Positions 26,491 through 43,384 of a DNA stretch of 64,000 nucleotides are shown in pieces. The position numbers and the translations under genes are program-made. Position 1 is the stretch's first letter; every line of letters starts with the position of its first letter. Source of the stretch: the human T2T-CHM13v2.0 reference genome, Homo sapiens. The DNA lies in NCBI RefSeq assembly GCF_009914755.1, contig NC_060935.1; one strand, written 5' to 3'. Below the pieces are notes generated by a model. The model was not told the DNA's origin, made no database searches, and saw only the letters and a program-made list of their open reading frames with translations.

Positions 26491-26929
26491 CCCAAACACC
26501 AAATTTTCCATCATCTATGCTTGTTGAAGTTTTTAATGTAATATTCACTCAATTCCTTTTTAATATGCAAGAACTCACAGAAACCCACACAGCCTCCATA
26601 GGAGAACTGGTATTTAAGCAGTCTCTGCAAAATCATAATAAGGAGGAGGTAAAAGACCATTCCACTGAAGAGGAGATGGAAAAAAAGGAGTTTTAGAAAT
26701 CTCTCTGCATGAATAGAGGATCTGTTATTAAAGGCTATTTTAGGAAGCAAGAATGGAAGAATCTGCTCCTCTCCTTTCCCATTTCCTGGTTCTTGCATAT
26801 CCATCAAGGAATCCATCCAATGGGCCCTTTGACACAGCTGGGATAATGCAGGAAATCAGCATTATTCTTAGCTTACTGAATGAATGATATGGTGAAGACT
26901 CAAAAGCAGAGTCTCCAAGGGAAATTTAA

Positions 26930-27278
26930 AAAAGCATGGAAGTTTTAGGTGGGAGAATGAATGACTCAGCATGCATGTTAGAAGACTTTCAAGTATTTGG
27001 AGGGTTCTCATTTGGAAGGTGTAAAACCAGGACAACAACTCTGAAGAAGATTAGATTTCCTCTTAGGGTTCATATGTAGAAATCACCAAGAAACAAGATT
27101 CTTCAGAACTGACATGAGAGAAGAACTTCCTCAATCACATGGTGGAAGGCAATGAGCTGCCTGTAACGGGAAATACTCCAATAAAGGTGGTGTGACCACT
27201 TGGTGGAGATGTTGTAGAGAAAATTCAAGAACTGTAAAGGCCTTTAAAATCCCTGACATCGCAGGCTCCTCTGATTCT
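26930..27278 (+). mobile_element. L3/CR1 LINE 3' relic
   Basis: ttcaagtatttggagggttctca, gagaagaacttcct, gtgaccacttggtggagatgttgtagaga, terminal ctgattct. Confidence 0.6.
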
Positions 27279-28104
27279 GGGAGCTGCACTGAATCCAAAT
27301 GAATAATACTAAAACCATATTTACCATAGTCATTATCATGTCTCTAGACATCTGAGGAGATGGATGTTGTCTTTACTGTTTAGATGGGAGCATCTAGTCA
27401 GGAATAGAATCCAATCACACTAGGAACCAAATGGACTAGCCACTGAGGTATAGCAAATCAGAGTCCCTTAGGGGAGAAGATGAGTCATAGATCATAATCC
27501 TCACTGGTGTTGTTACAGTCTTCCTGCGCTACATAGCATTGAAATAGGCTGGAAATGTTCTGTCCTTGGGGTGATAAAATATTCCTTGGTAAGCACACAG
27601 ATTCATTTTCCTAAAGCAAATGAATCACTTGTGCTTTTCTTCTCATATTTTTTATCAACAGGGTAAGAACCCTGCCTGTGAAAAAATCTGTCTAAAAAAT
27701 AAGTGTATATTTCAAGAGGGACTATACAAAGAGTAAACACATGGCAGGTCTCATGCCAGAGGTCAAACCAGGTTCAACATATTTGCATATTTTGATGGGA
27801 GCTGTAGAATAAGGACTACCAAAATGTACACTTGTTGTGTCAACCCTAAGGGTCTAAATTTGAACACAAACGGCTTTAGGTATTGAAGGGAAAACTGTTG
27901 CCCAAAGTATGAATTCTATCTAATAACTCAATCCTCTATTGTTTCCCTCTTGGGGTTTAGTATGCCCACACTGAGATTTGAATGCTAAATCTAGGTCAAA
28001 CAGAAATTTGCTCAAGTATTCCCAGTTCTGAGGACTCGGAAGCTGCTCTGAAAACACTTGTGCTGAATGACGGCGTTTTACAGAGGCAATATGCACTGCA
28101 TCTA

Positions 28105-28760
28105 TTCTTTGAAAAAATTTTTTTGAGTTCTTTCTCTATGTCAAGTATTCTGCTGGGCCTAGGAATGGGGAGGATGAGGTATGGGCCCTTCCTTCAACTA
28201 GCTCATAATGGTGTGCAGACAGATTTACAGTGATATAATTCAGTGTTTTTAGTGCTGCAAGAGAGGTATTTATAATGAACAATGGTTATGTAAAGAAAGG
28301 AAAAATTGACCATTTGCTCTGTGTATTTGGGGGGAAGGTGAGGTTTGTAGGAAAAAGTTTATCAAAAGAGTTAACATGTAACCTGTAAGCTGGATGTTGA
28401 AGTTTATCCTTTCTTATATAGGTGAAAGATGGGACAGTATTCCAGAGAGAAGGAGGAGAATATGCAAATGTGCCATTTGTGGAAAAGTGTATATATTTAG
28501 GAAAATGTTAATATGGCTAGTCCATGGGGTTGTACAGGAGACGGGGCTGGGAAGTAGGAGAGGAGAGTGAGTGATTTTTTTTTTACAAACATGATCCTTT
28601 GGCTATGGGGAAGAAAAACAAATACAAAAAGGTTTTAAAGAGGAAAGAGACATGATCAGGTTTTATGATTTATAAATGTATGTGTCCATACAGGGAGACT
28701 GGATTGCAAGGGAAAAAATGGAATCTGGAAGCATGATTAAAAGTTGATTACAAAATTTAT
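28105..28760 (-). mobile_element. L2 fragment
   Basis: antisense L2 tail; ggttttaaagaggaaagagacatgatcaggtttt. Confidence 0.65.
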
Positions 28761-29284
28761 AAGTTGGGTAAAATCTAGTGGTGGTAAGCCTATGGAGAAA
28801 CAGATATTCTCATACACTTTTGGTAGAAACGTAAATTGGTATAACTTTTTGGAAGACAATTTGCTAACATGTAGCAACTTCACTTTTAGCATTTATCTTA
28901 TAGATATATTCACACACACACAATGTGACATTTAGTTGACAACCTAAATGTCCATCAATAGGGAACTACATTTATACAATGTAATAGGCTGAAATCATAA
29001 AAGCAGAATGAGGTGGAGATTTACATATAGATATGGAAAAATGGTGAAGGTCTATAGTTAAGGGAAAAGTATGATTTGCAGTACAGGTTATAGACAAACA
29101 GATTGGCAGACAGATAGACATAAAATTGGTAACCATCGTGTTAAAAATAACTAGAAAAGCTAAGTCAAAACAAACAAACAAAAATATAGTTTGAAGGAAG
29201 TGGAGACCTTCCAAGTCATTGAAAAATTATAGGTCTAAGATCCTGGAAAACAAAGAGATTGGGAGAAACAAGCCTGGTATTTGA

Positions 29285-29599
<315 letters not shown>

Positions 29600-29979
29600 T
29601 GAAGTAGTTTTTTCACTACAAGTGTCTGCTAGTTCTGGAACAGGGATCTAAGAAACTGAGAAATTGTAAATAGGGCTTTCAACAGATTCATGGAACTAAT
29701 AAGGCTAAAAATAAGAGTTCAGACCCCTCAAGCTAGGGGGTGTCATTGTGATACACCCCTTTAATTCCAGTTGAGGAGTTAAAAAAGTCTATACTCTGGG
29801 AGTAAAGGTAAATCAGAAATACATTTGCCCTCCAAGAGAATGAAGCCTAGCTTTAAAGACTAGACAATATGACATACTGATTTCAAATTGGATTGACCTA
29901 GGCTAGCTACTAAAATTAATAATATTCAATAATATTTATTAATAAAATTAATGAGCCAGAAGCTAATGTATTTTCTGAA

Positions 29980-29997
29980 AAAAAATGCATTGTACCA

Positions 29998-30055
<58 letters not shown>

Positions 30056-30073
30056 TGGTACAATGCATTTTTT
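29980..30073. repeat. Perfect 94-bp palindrome with a (TA)26 centre
   Basis: aaaaaatgcattgtaccagca-(TA)26-tgctggtacaatgcatttttt. Confidence 0.97.
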
Positions 30074-30506
30074 ATATGTATATAAAATTTTATATATATA
30101 TATAAAACAAGCATAAGAGGAGATGAGAGATAGGACTAAAAATCAGTAGAAACAATAAGCAGAAGAAACAGGCCTATGGGGGAATGTGGATAATGGAATT
30201 GTAATAATAGGAACGTTTAAAATAGCTATGCTGAATGCATTCAAGGGATAAAAGATAATAGTAATAATTTCAGCATAAATTCAAAATTCTATAAAATAAC
30301 CAAATGGAAATTCTAGAGCTTTAAAATACAGAAACTGAAATTAAGAAAAACATGGAATTATTTAATAGCAGATTAGAACAACTAAAGAGAATCAGTGAAC
30401 TATAAGATTAGATAGAAAAATATATACAAAATGAAATGGAGATATGAAAGATGAAAAACACAGAAAAGAGTGGATATAACCTTAAAGATCATGTAGACCA
30501 CATTCA

Positions 30507-30912
30507 CTGGAGTAGGGATTGGCTAGGTGTCTACCAGACTCTTTCAATTTTCTCCTGGTCATCAAGAGCTGGAATACATTTCCCAGCCTCCCTTGTAGTT
30601 GAGTGTGGCTATGTATTTGAGGTTCTGGCCCCTGGAATACAGGAGGAAGTGATATATATCATTTCCAGGCTTGTCCTGTGAAAACATCTCGTCACCCTCC
30701 TCTCTTCTCTTCTCTGGGATGTTGCTGCCCATGTGACATTGGATGTCACATGTTGAAGATGGTTAAGTCTCCATTACCCTAGGTTCTGAAATGATTGCAT
30801 GGATCAAAGCGTCTCAGTCCCTGCCTCTGAATGGATTTTACATGAATGAGAAACAAATTGCATATTATATATAGTTTATGTGTCACAGCATTTAGCATTA
30901 TTTTAACTAACA
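30507..30912 (+). mobile_element. MaLR LTR (MLT1I/J-like)
   Basis: tacatttcccagcctcccttgtagtt, gttctggcc...ggaagtgat...atttccaggc, cacatgttgaagatgg, catgaatgagaaacaaa. Confidence 0.75.
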
Positions 30913-31529
30913 TATTCTCAGCCATTCTAGGAGTCCTCTTTACAACAACCTTTTCTCAGTCTACTTTCAGAATGAGGATCTACAGTGAAGAAGGATGCCT
31001 AACTTTTCAAGACAACTAATTTCTTTTTTTTTTGAAAGATATAGCACTTGAAAAAAGTTTTTCCTGATTTCATCTCTTTATGAACTTACTAGACTTATTT
31101 ATTTATCTGGGACATCTTTCAGAGATATACCTATAGATACTGAAACTAGCCCTCATAAAGAATTTTTATTTTGGAATGTACATTTGAAAGAGGAAATGAA
31201 AAATTCTCTGACATTGTCTAGCTGAATGACCTTGACTGTGTCTTCCTCAAACTTGGTTTCAATCAGTAAAATGACTGCATTAGATTGAATGGATCTCTAC
31301 TGTCCCTTTCACCTTAGAGAAGGTAAGATGTGCTTTTCATCAATTAGCTTATTCTCTATTGAATAGGAAACAGAATATAAATAAAATAATATAAATATAT
31401 AATATAATACAACATAATGTAAATCCGCATCTATATCCACATTTAGTTGAAATGAGATTGAAGATTAGGTCCATATCTGTATAATGAGGAGAGATGATGT
31501 TTTATTCACTTATACTCACAAATTTCCAA

Positions 31530-31725
31530 GTTCTCTTTAAGGGTCATGTAATCTAGTCTTCCCCTACCCTGCACCCACTTTCAGCCTCTGAAACTTAAAT
31601 TTCTTCTACCATAGCTCCACCAAATGGACATTCAGATGCTGCTTGAATTCCTCTAGTGACAGGGAAGTCATTACATCCCAGGGAAGCAACACAGTTTATC
31701 TCTGAGCAGCTGAGTTCTAAGACTG
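31530..31725 (-). mobile_element. L3/CR1 relic
   Basis: tgcttgaattcctctagtgacagggaagtcattacatcccagggaagc is antisense CR1 3' region. Confidence 0.6.
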
Positions 31726-32539
31726 AAATATTAAGAACTGGATTTGATAATGCCAGACATAATTTGACTATAAGATTGCATGTTCTAATGCACATATATC
31801 AGCACAGTAGACATCACAGAGAGGGGGAAAATAAGTAAACATATACAGTGTATGCTCACATGCAGTATAAAACATGTACACACAAAACATCCATAGATTT
31901 GTTTATATATTTGTATATATTACATAATATCACTTGTTAACCATTTTGACTGTCAGGACATAAAAGACTTTTCTCAGTATTTTCAATGTAGATAAGACTA
32001 TTTTTTATGCCTTTAAGAGCTGTAGAATAAGCCTTTATCTAATGGGTCTTATAGAAAGAGATAAAGATAGTTTTCCATGGTATCTCCTGCTTCTAGTGTT
32101 GGTTGGTCCTCCCTACCCATAGATCACCCACAGAGATTTTCTCCTGGATAGGCCACAGGATGACAGCTGGTTTCATGGGGAGTGAAAGTGAAATTGGGCA
32201 TTTTGGAGCAACCTGTTTTTTTCTCCCATGGCGTAATGAATGAGTTAAATTCATTCTCACTCTTATTTCTGGAACACCATCAAATCTGTATCATTGAGCA
32301 TAATTTGGGGTCAAAGGCTGTACTCTTACTACCAGGTAAAGTAACTAAATAATGTGTTTGCAGATCACTTTGGAGCTGATAAGTGCCTTATGATGCATTG
32401 GTTATTTAATCTTCAAATCACCCTTGAGTTCGGTAAAGCAATGATCGTTATCCAAAATTATAGTTAGGAAGACTGGGCATTAGTTGAGTTAGCAATATCC
32501 CCAAGGTCACACACCTTTTAGGTGGCAAAGTTGAGTAGT

Positions 32540-33240
32540 TATGAGATCACTGGAGAATTGCCTACATAATATCAATTCACCCTTTTTACTTACTAATAGG
32601 CCCATTGTTCTGTTTAAAATAGCATTGTGCCTAGTCTAAAATATGTGATCTTCCATATTATTTTTCAGGTAGGGGTAGACATATGGCACAGTTCTAGCCA
32701 ATTAGAGGCAAATTGAGGTCCCCAATAAAGGTGTTCGTTTCCTGAATAAAAAGACAAAGTCTGGCAATAAAAGGACTCTTCTTCCTTCTTTTTCTCTAGA
32801 AAGCAGGTATGATGCCTGATGATACTGCAACTGCTTTGCAACAGAAGCCACAACCATAAAAATACAAGTTATCATAAAATAGCCCTTACTTTAAGACAGA
32901 CATTTCTAAGCACTTTCTATAGATAAAACTATTAAAACCTTATGCCAATTATTATTTAAAGTTATGAAAACTGAGGCACAGAAAGGTGATGTAACTTGTC
33001 CAAGGTTTCAGAGTTAACAAGTGATAAAGGCAGGATCTGAACCCAGGTAGTTGGGCTCCAGGGACCATGCTGAGGATGGCAGAAAAGGAAGTGAGAAGAG
33101 TCTGGGTCCCTGATGGCATTATGGATCTCCCACACCAGCCCCAGACACCTACCTTTGATTTTACTATATTCAAAAACTATGTAACTGTCTTAAGCCAGTG
33201 TATCAGGGGTTTTCTCACAGCTGAATACAGTCCTGGCTTC
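32540..33240 (+). mobile_element. MaLR LTR (MLT1K-like) interrupted by an antisense MIR at about 32865-33066
   Basis: cacagttctagccaat; atgctgaggatggcaga...ctgggtccctgatggcatt...ccagccccagacacctacct; MIR gaaaactgaggcacagaaaggtgatgtaacttgtccaagg. Confidence 0.7.
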
Positions 33241-33908
33241 CATTTGGTTTGTTGTGATACACAGGAGAAGGCCCTGGGCTCTGTGCCAGGTGAGCTTTGT
33301 TCAAGTTCAAGCTCTGCCAGGTAACTAGCCATGTAACTTTGACAACATTGCTTCAGTTCCCTGGGCTCAGTTTCCTCATCTTTGAGAGAACTATATGAGA
33401 TTACTTCCTTGGCCTTTTAAAGTCTGCTCTTCTGAGATTCTTCTGAGATTCTTCATGTTTCTCAGGCTGCCATTTCATATTCTCTGATGCGTTAATTGCT
33501 GCATAAAAGGGTAGACAGGAAGCAGCGCTTGTTGTGTGCAGGGTCTCTGCACTGAGACAGTCAATGGCAGAGCTGCATCTGAAACTGGCCAGCCCTGCCC
33601 TTGTTTCCCACAACCCTGCTGATAATCAGTTTGTTAAAGTCACTTGAGAAATCAACATGCATTGAACATCATACCATTACAGACGAGCTTACCTTATATA
33701 CTTAATTTCTCACTATTTTCCCCTAAAACTGTCCATCAGGCACATGCATGTCTATTTAATTCTGTTAAAAAGCCCTCTACACAATGCCCTGTTAACAGCA
33801 ATAGGAGGAGTTAGTGAGAGGAGTTTAGCTAAGAGAAGACAATTTTGTCAGGCCAACTACTTATAACCACCAGTAACTTAATTTTGCTCTCAGTTGGTCA
33901 TTCCTCAG

Positions 33909-36640
<2,732 letters not shown>

Positions 36641-36967
36641 CTCAGAGATGTTAGAGTCACTACAAATCACTATGTTAGTTGAGGTCTGAAAAATTGTCTG
36701 TATTAGCCAAATGTCAATAAACCAAACTAAAATGACAAAAATTTCCAGACATATACACAAGTAAGTTCTGGTGATAATGCAATGGAAGCTATAAATATCA
36801 GATAAATCCTAAAGATCTCTTATTCATGAGTTTTCAGGTATTCTATTGCCACAGGTCATTAAGAGTAAACAACATGAATGCAGTTTTCTGATGGGCTTTA
36901 AGGATGTGTAGGATCAGAGCCTAACTGAGGGTATTGAACCAGGTTAAAGCTTAGAGATCATTTAGTG

Positions 36968-37140
36968 CAGAGGTTCTCAACTTTTGCTATGCATTAGAAT
37001 CACCCAAGGGGCTTAAAAAATCCAAGTGTTCAGCCTTAATCCAAGACCACTTAAATCAGACTCTGTGGGTGGCACTTAGGCATTAATATATTTGAAAGTT
37101 CCCAGGGGACTCAATGTACAGCTAAGGTTCAGTACCAATA
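36968..37140 (+). mobile_element. MER5B-like DNA transposon inserted in an antisense MIR
   Basis: cagaggttctcaac...cattagaatcacc...agaccacttaaatcagactct; MIR flanks cttagagatcatttagt and ggctgagactcagtgagggaaagtgacttgcc. Confidence 0.75.
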
Positions 37141-38416
37141 ATCTCAGCTAGATTTCCCCCTTTTATTCAGGTGAGAGGCTGAGACTCAGTGAGGGAAAGT
37201 GACTTGCCTAGAGTGTCAAAGTCATGATCAAGCTCAGGTCTGTTGATTCCTGGGGTCTTTGCTTTCTACCATGTCAGAGCTACCTCATGCCCTGGGAATT
37301 CTAGTCGCGGACAATCTCGAGCACACCGTGAATTTAAAGGCAGTTATGGAATTGTATTTGCAAAAGAACAACAAAGAATTTTGACTCAGATGTTTTAGGA
37401 ATCAACCTGCAACATTTATGCCTACAAAAATCTACTGCAAAAAGAGACAGGTTATTTAGCCCAGTGGCTAAGGAATAAGCCCACTGCATAGCATGGAAAG
37501 CCATGGTGGACAGAGAGATAGACAGGGAGAGGAAGGGAGAAGGAATAAGCAAATTACATTTTCTGGGTGCCTACTCTGCTGTGTGGGCCAAATGCTAAAC
37601 ACTTTAATAGATGAGCTAATTTAATTCTTAGATCCTCAATACCAAGCTATTTAACTGGTATGCACAGAAATAGAGGTATTGGTTGTTCAAATATTCAAAT
37701 ACTTTTGTAGACATTGGTAAATAGCTGTTGCCCCAACATGTTTGATTGCTCTCCGCTCTACCATTCCTGTTTCCTGGTCACCCTGCTTCTTCTTTAGGAC
37801 TCCCTTGACCTCTCTTAGTTCAACACCCAAGGAATGACACAAGGCACAGGGGAGGACTTTAGACCCTGCTCTAATACCAAGGCCCAAATCCCTTCTGATT
37901 ACTCAGTACCCATGATCCACAAGTTGTTAAATCTTTTGAGTATCACCTTTGCACACTCCAACCCAGCAAGACACATACAGGATCTATAATTTTACAGAAG
38001 AAAAAGCAGATGCTCAGAGAGGGTGCATGACTTGTTCAAAGTCACACAGCAAGTAAATGGCAGTCACTCCTGCCACTCCCTGCACTTGAGCCTTCAGGCA
38101 GTGGCTATGTTTAAAGAATGATGCCCTGTAGGTGCTCGAGAATCAACTGTATACTTCACGTCTTCATCTCCTTTTCTTTAAAGGCTTAGCATGAAAACGG
38201 GGAAACTACAATGGCAATGCTTTAACTCGCTCACCCACAAAATGAACTAGGATGTCTGTAGTGAAGATATCAACACTGCCAGTGGATTTCTTTCTTTTTT
38301 CTTTTTTTAAACAAAACTTGATTTGAGAGGAAGAGAAAGATCATTTTAGGTTTAGCCTGGGAACTTGTCTTAGGGCTTGAGTTTGGATTAAGTCATGTAA
38401 CTGTATTACCTGTATT

Positions 38417-38452
38417 CACTAACCACTCTTCTCCTCCCCTTCCTGCTTCCAG
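38417..38452 (+). other. Consensus-quality 3' splice acceptor (use not shown)
   Basis: branch-point CACTAAC (38417-38423), pyrimidine tract cactcttctcctccccttcctgcttc, CAG ending 38452; no AG between them. Confidence 0.35.
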
Positions 38453-38918
38453 AATCCCCACTCAGAGACTTCAAAATAGTGAATAACATTCTCAGATGCT
38501 GCCAGGCCTGTGTGGCCATTATTCTTTAGTGTGAGAAGCACTTAAACATGAAGAGAGCTAAATAAGTAACATTTACTGCCCCTTTACCACCACTTTCCCA
38601 CAGCACAATAAAGCTGGAGATAATATTTAATATTGCAGATTTGGGCTATTTATTCTGCATTAAACTCCACTTTCTTATCCTCCTCAGACTTATAAAGAAT
38701 GCTAATAAATTCTATAAATTGTAGAATTTTATTAGTAACAGAGAGAATGTGATCAAGTTTCTTCTCATCTCCATAAACACTTGGGTGCAAGACCGTTGAG
38801 TTCAGGGTTCACCCCATGTGGGGCATAGCACTAGGCACAGAGAAGATGCTTGGTAAAAGTTGTTAAATTCAATGTTGAATAATAGAATTCTGTTTTGTGA
38901 AGAAAGAAGAAAGGGTGA

Positions 38919-39682
<764 letters not shown>

Positions 39683-41800
39683 TCAAATGAACATTAAAAT
39701 AGGATATAAGATAAAATCTAGTCTTTATGAAAGAAAAATCTGGATTTTTAATTCATAGACTCTCTAACATTGCTCTCTCCCAGTGATTTACTGATATAAA
39801 ATAATCCATTTTTAAAAGGAGATGAGTGTTTTACAAATAATCTTTATGTAGTGACACAGTAAGATATTACAGCCAGGGGTTTCCAAGCAAACAGACTAAG
39901 ATTCCACTTATGAGGCATATGACATTGGATGGATCTCTAAACTTTAGAAGCATCAGTTTCATCATCTTTCACAGGGATCATAACTCTCTGTTCCTTGTTT
40001 CCCTAGGTTACTGTGAAGATGAAAGGAGATGATGTGTGTAACACTCACAGACTGGGACCCAGGATGTATGCATCAGATTTTAGGGAAACATTGGTCTTCT
40101 TTCTCACCATGGTTCAAGGTCTTGGGATGCCTCCAAGACACGCTGACAAAAAGTCCCATGATTTTGTAGCTTAGTGTGTTGTGCCACAAAAAAGCCTTCA
40201 AAATTATTAAAATAAGTTTTCCCATAACAAAATAAGGGATCTACAACTAAATAGAAGTATTAATGATTATTTAATACTTCAGAAAGAATGAAAGAGAGGA
40301 GAGATTTTCTATACTTGGGGTCTATGAAATTCCCTTCTATCCATTAAAAAAATAAAGAACTTTTAAAACAAGGTTGAATATGTTCCTCTTCTTCATAACC
40401 AAGGTTCTCTAAGACAGAAATATTAACAGCAGAAAAAATATTGTGTTGAGATTAAATTAAGAAAAATATACATATATATGTACTTTTTTCCCCAGTTCAA
40501 AGGACGATAAAAAATAAACTACATATATATACCCCACATAGATATATAAATAGTTAGATAAATATAGAGATATAGATAATCTACTTTCATGATTTATAAT
40601 AAGGACACAGAAAAAGGCTGGGATGGCAGTGGGGAATGAGCAGAGTCTGAATTTCTGTACTCCAGCATAGCACTTACACTATGAGAAACAGTATTAGCTA
40701 GAGCTATGTTAGTGCAATTGTTAAAAGCTCTGTATTTTACATGAAAACTTGAGCCATTGAAAATAACAGAATTAGCTAGAACTGGCATCAAGCCTTAATG
40801 CCAGAATGTAACCAGTCCACAGAGGTAGGAAGATGTTCTTAGGCAGGGACCCAAAAAGAGGACTGACACATAATAAAGGATCAGGATAATACAAGGCTAA
40901 TAAAAAAGAGAAAAGGGACTGATGCTTTGCTATTTCTGAGTAAGGAATTCTTCTAGATTCTTAGTGAGAAGGAATTAAGGTAAAGCCAAAGCGATACGTA
41001 GTATTTATGCTTTGTTGTATATATTATGGTTTATGCAGCTTTTAAATAAACTATATGTAGTTCATTCTGTCTACGATGGTAGCAATAATAGCTATTATTT
41101 ATTGATGTCTTATTATATACTTGATGTTCAGCGAGGTATTACATATGTCCACATCTCTTTGCTCACATGACTCCAAGCTGGCATAGGCCTCTTCCCTGCA
41201 TCCATCCTTCCAAGAGCAGAAAGCGTATACCTGCTGGTGTATGCTCCTTCATTTCAAGGAGTTGCAAAGGAGTCTTATATATAAAAGTGTGGATGGAGCT
41301 TGGACATGTGGGTGGAGGTGTCCATTGGCATATGAACTGAGGCCCTTTGTAGTATGGATGGGAAGAGACAGAAGGTGGGCTGGGGGCTGGTTCTCCTACA
41401 CTGCCACAGTCCATCATTAAACTTTGAAGAGTCCAATAATTCTAAACTAGAACCATACCATCTGGGTTTTAATGAAATTTGTCAAAGGTGGTAAGGGATA
41501 AAAAAGACTTTATTTAACAGTTAGCTTGATTTTTATAACCATGAAGTATTTAGCCATAGGACACACGGTCCTCTATTTGTACCCTTTTTCGGGGACTATA
41601 AATTCAGAGGTAGGTTTAGCACCTAGCACAGTGTCTGACACACAAGAAACCCTTAATAACCATATTTCGGATGATTGGTGACTATTTTTAAGGCTTTTTC
41701 TTGCTTAGGAGTGCTTCAAGTTAAATACAATATGGTGTTTTGAAGTGTGTTGAGTGGGGTTTAAAATACTCAACAATTAGATTTTACAATGAACCATTCA

Positions 41801-42234
<434 letters not shown>

Positions 42235-43015
42235 CTACAATATTCATAGCCACTCTACTAGTTGGTAGCAATTAGCTGGGGAAAAGGGGGAGAGGGTAGC
42301 ATCAAGAGGGGAACAGCTGTTTCTGCAGCTGTTGACAGAAACACTGAGGCTGAATGCGAATTAAAGTTCATCTTCATGTGCTGCATTGTTTCAGCAGGAG
42401 AGAGGGTCAGCCATTTGGAAGCTGCATGGAAAGGATGCTCAGCTCGACGTGCCCTTGATTGCCAAGCCTCTATTGCACACCCTATTCTGACAACTTGGTG
42501 GCTGCAAGAACTTTGTCTCTGCAATAATGGATAGCTGGAATTCAACTTGTTCAAGAAAAGGACAGAATGTGGGGAGAGCAATGAGCTAGGAGTTTGAAGA
42601 CGTATCTCCAGTTTACTGAATGTCCAGAGAAAGCCACTTTACCTCTCTGAGCTTCATTATCTCATTAAAAACACGAAAGTGTTTAGCACCACTATGAACC
42701 TACAAACACAGGTGAACATTCAGTTAATGTCAGCAGCTGCTACTACTATTCTTGTTAATTATTTCTCTCCAATGTAAAGTGGAGATAATAATATCCTTCC
42801 TGCCTTCTTCAGGGGTAGCCCTAAGGACAAGTGAATTAAGAGGTGAAAGTGGTTTGAAAGCTGAAGATGGTTGACAAATGTGGGCAGTTGTTAATATCAC
42901 ATATTCCAAAGGAGGAAAGATTTAAATGGCCTCCAAAAGCCTACCTGACCCCTAATATCTGGTGTACAGAATTCCTTGTATCAACACATTTCTTTGGTGT
43001 CTGGAATTCCTATAT

Positions 43016-43087
43016 CAGTATCGTTCAATGGAACTTTCTGTGATGATGGAAATGTACGATCTTTGTACTGCCTGTGCTATCTAATAC
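43016..43087 (+). mobile_element. MER3 fragment
   Basis: ttcaatggaactttctgtgatgatggaaatgt...ctgtgctatctaatac. Confidence 0.7.
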
Positions 43088-43384
43088 ATCTACTGTCTTG
43101 AATATCACAGCCTTATGTCAACTCATTCTTATGGAAGACATATACATTTTAAACACATTTCATTCACTATTGCTTGCTATAGGTAGCATGATTTTGAACT
43201 TGACCGATGTCAAAAATTATGTTAGTCATATGAACACCTTCATAATCATATTACACAGACACAGCAGCTGACAATATGTGGAGCATATTCTCAGCTCTCT
43301 GAGCTAGATGGTTTATTCCATCTTATGGAAGAGGCATTGGAAGTTCAAAAAGACTAAAAGTAAACTGAAGAGATGATGTAACAA

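Noticed and set aside
37305-37328. Small CpG cluster as a promoter
   Set aside because: Four CpGs in about 25 bp with AT-rich flanks is far below CpG-island scale.
42258-42581. Overlapping opposite-strand ORFs (107 and 90 aa) as a coding exon
   Set aside because: No recognisable protein similarity and no convincing flanking splice-site pair.
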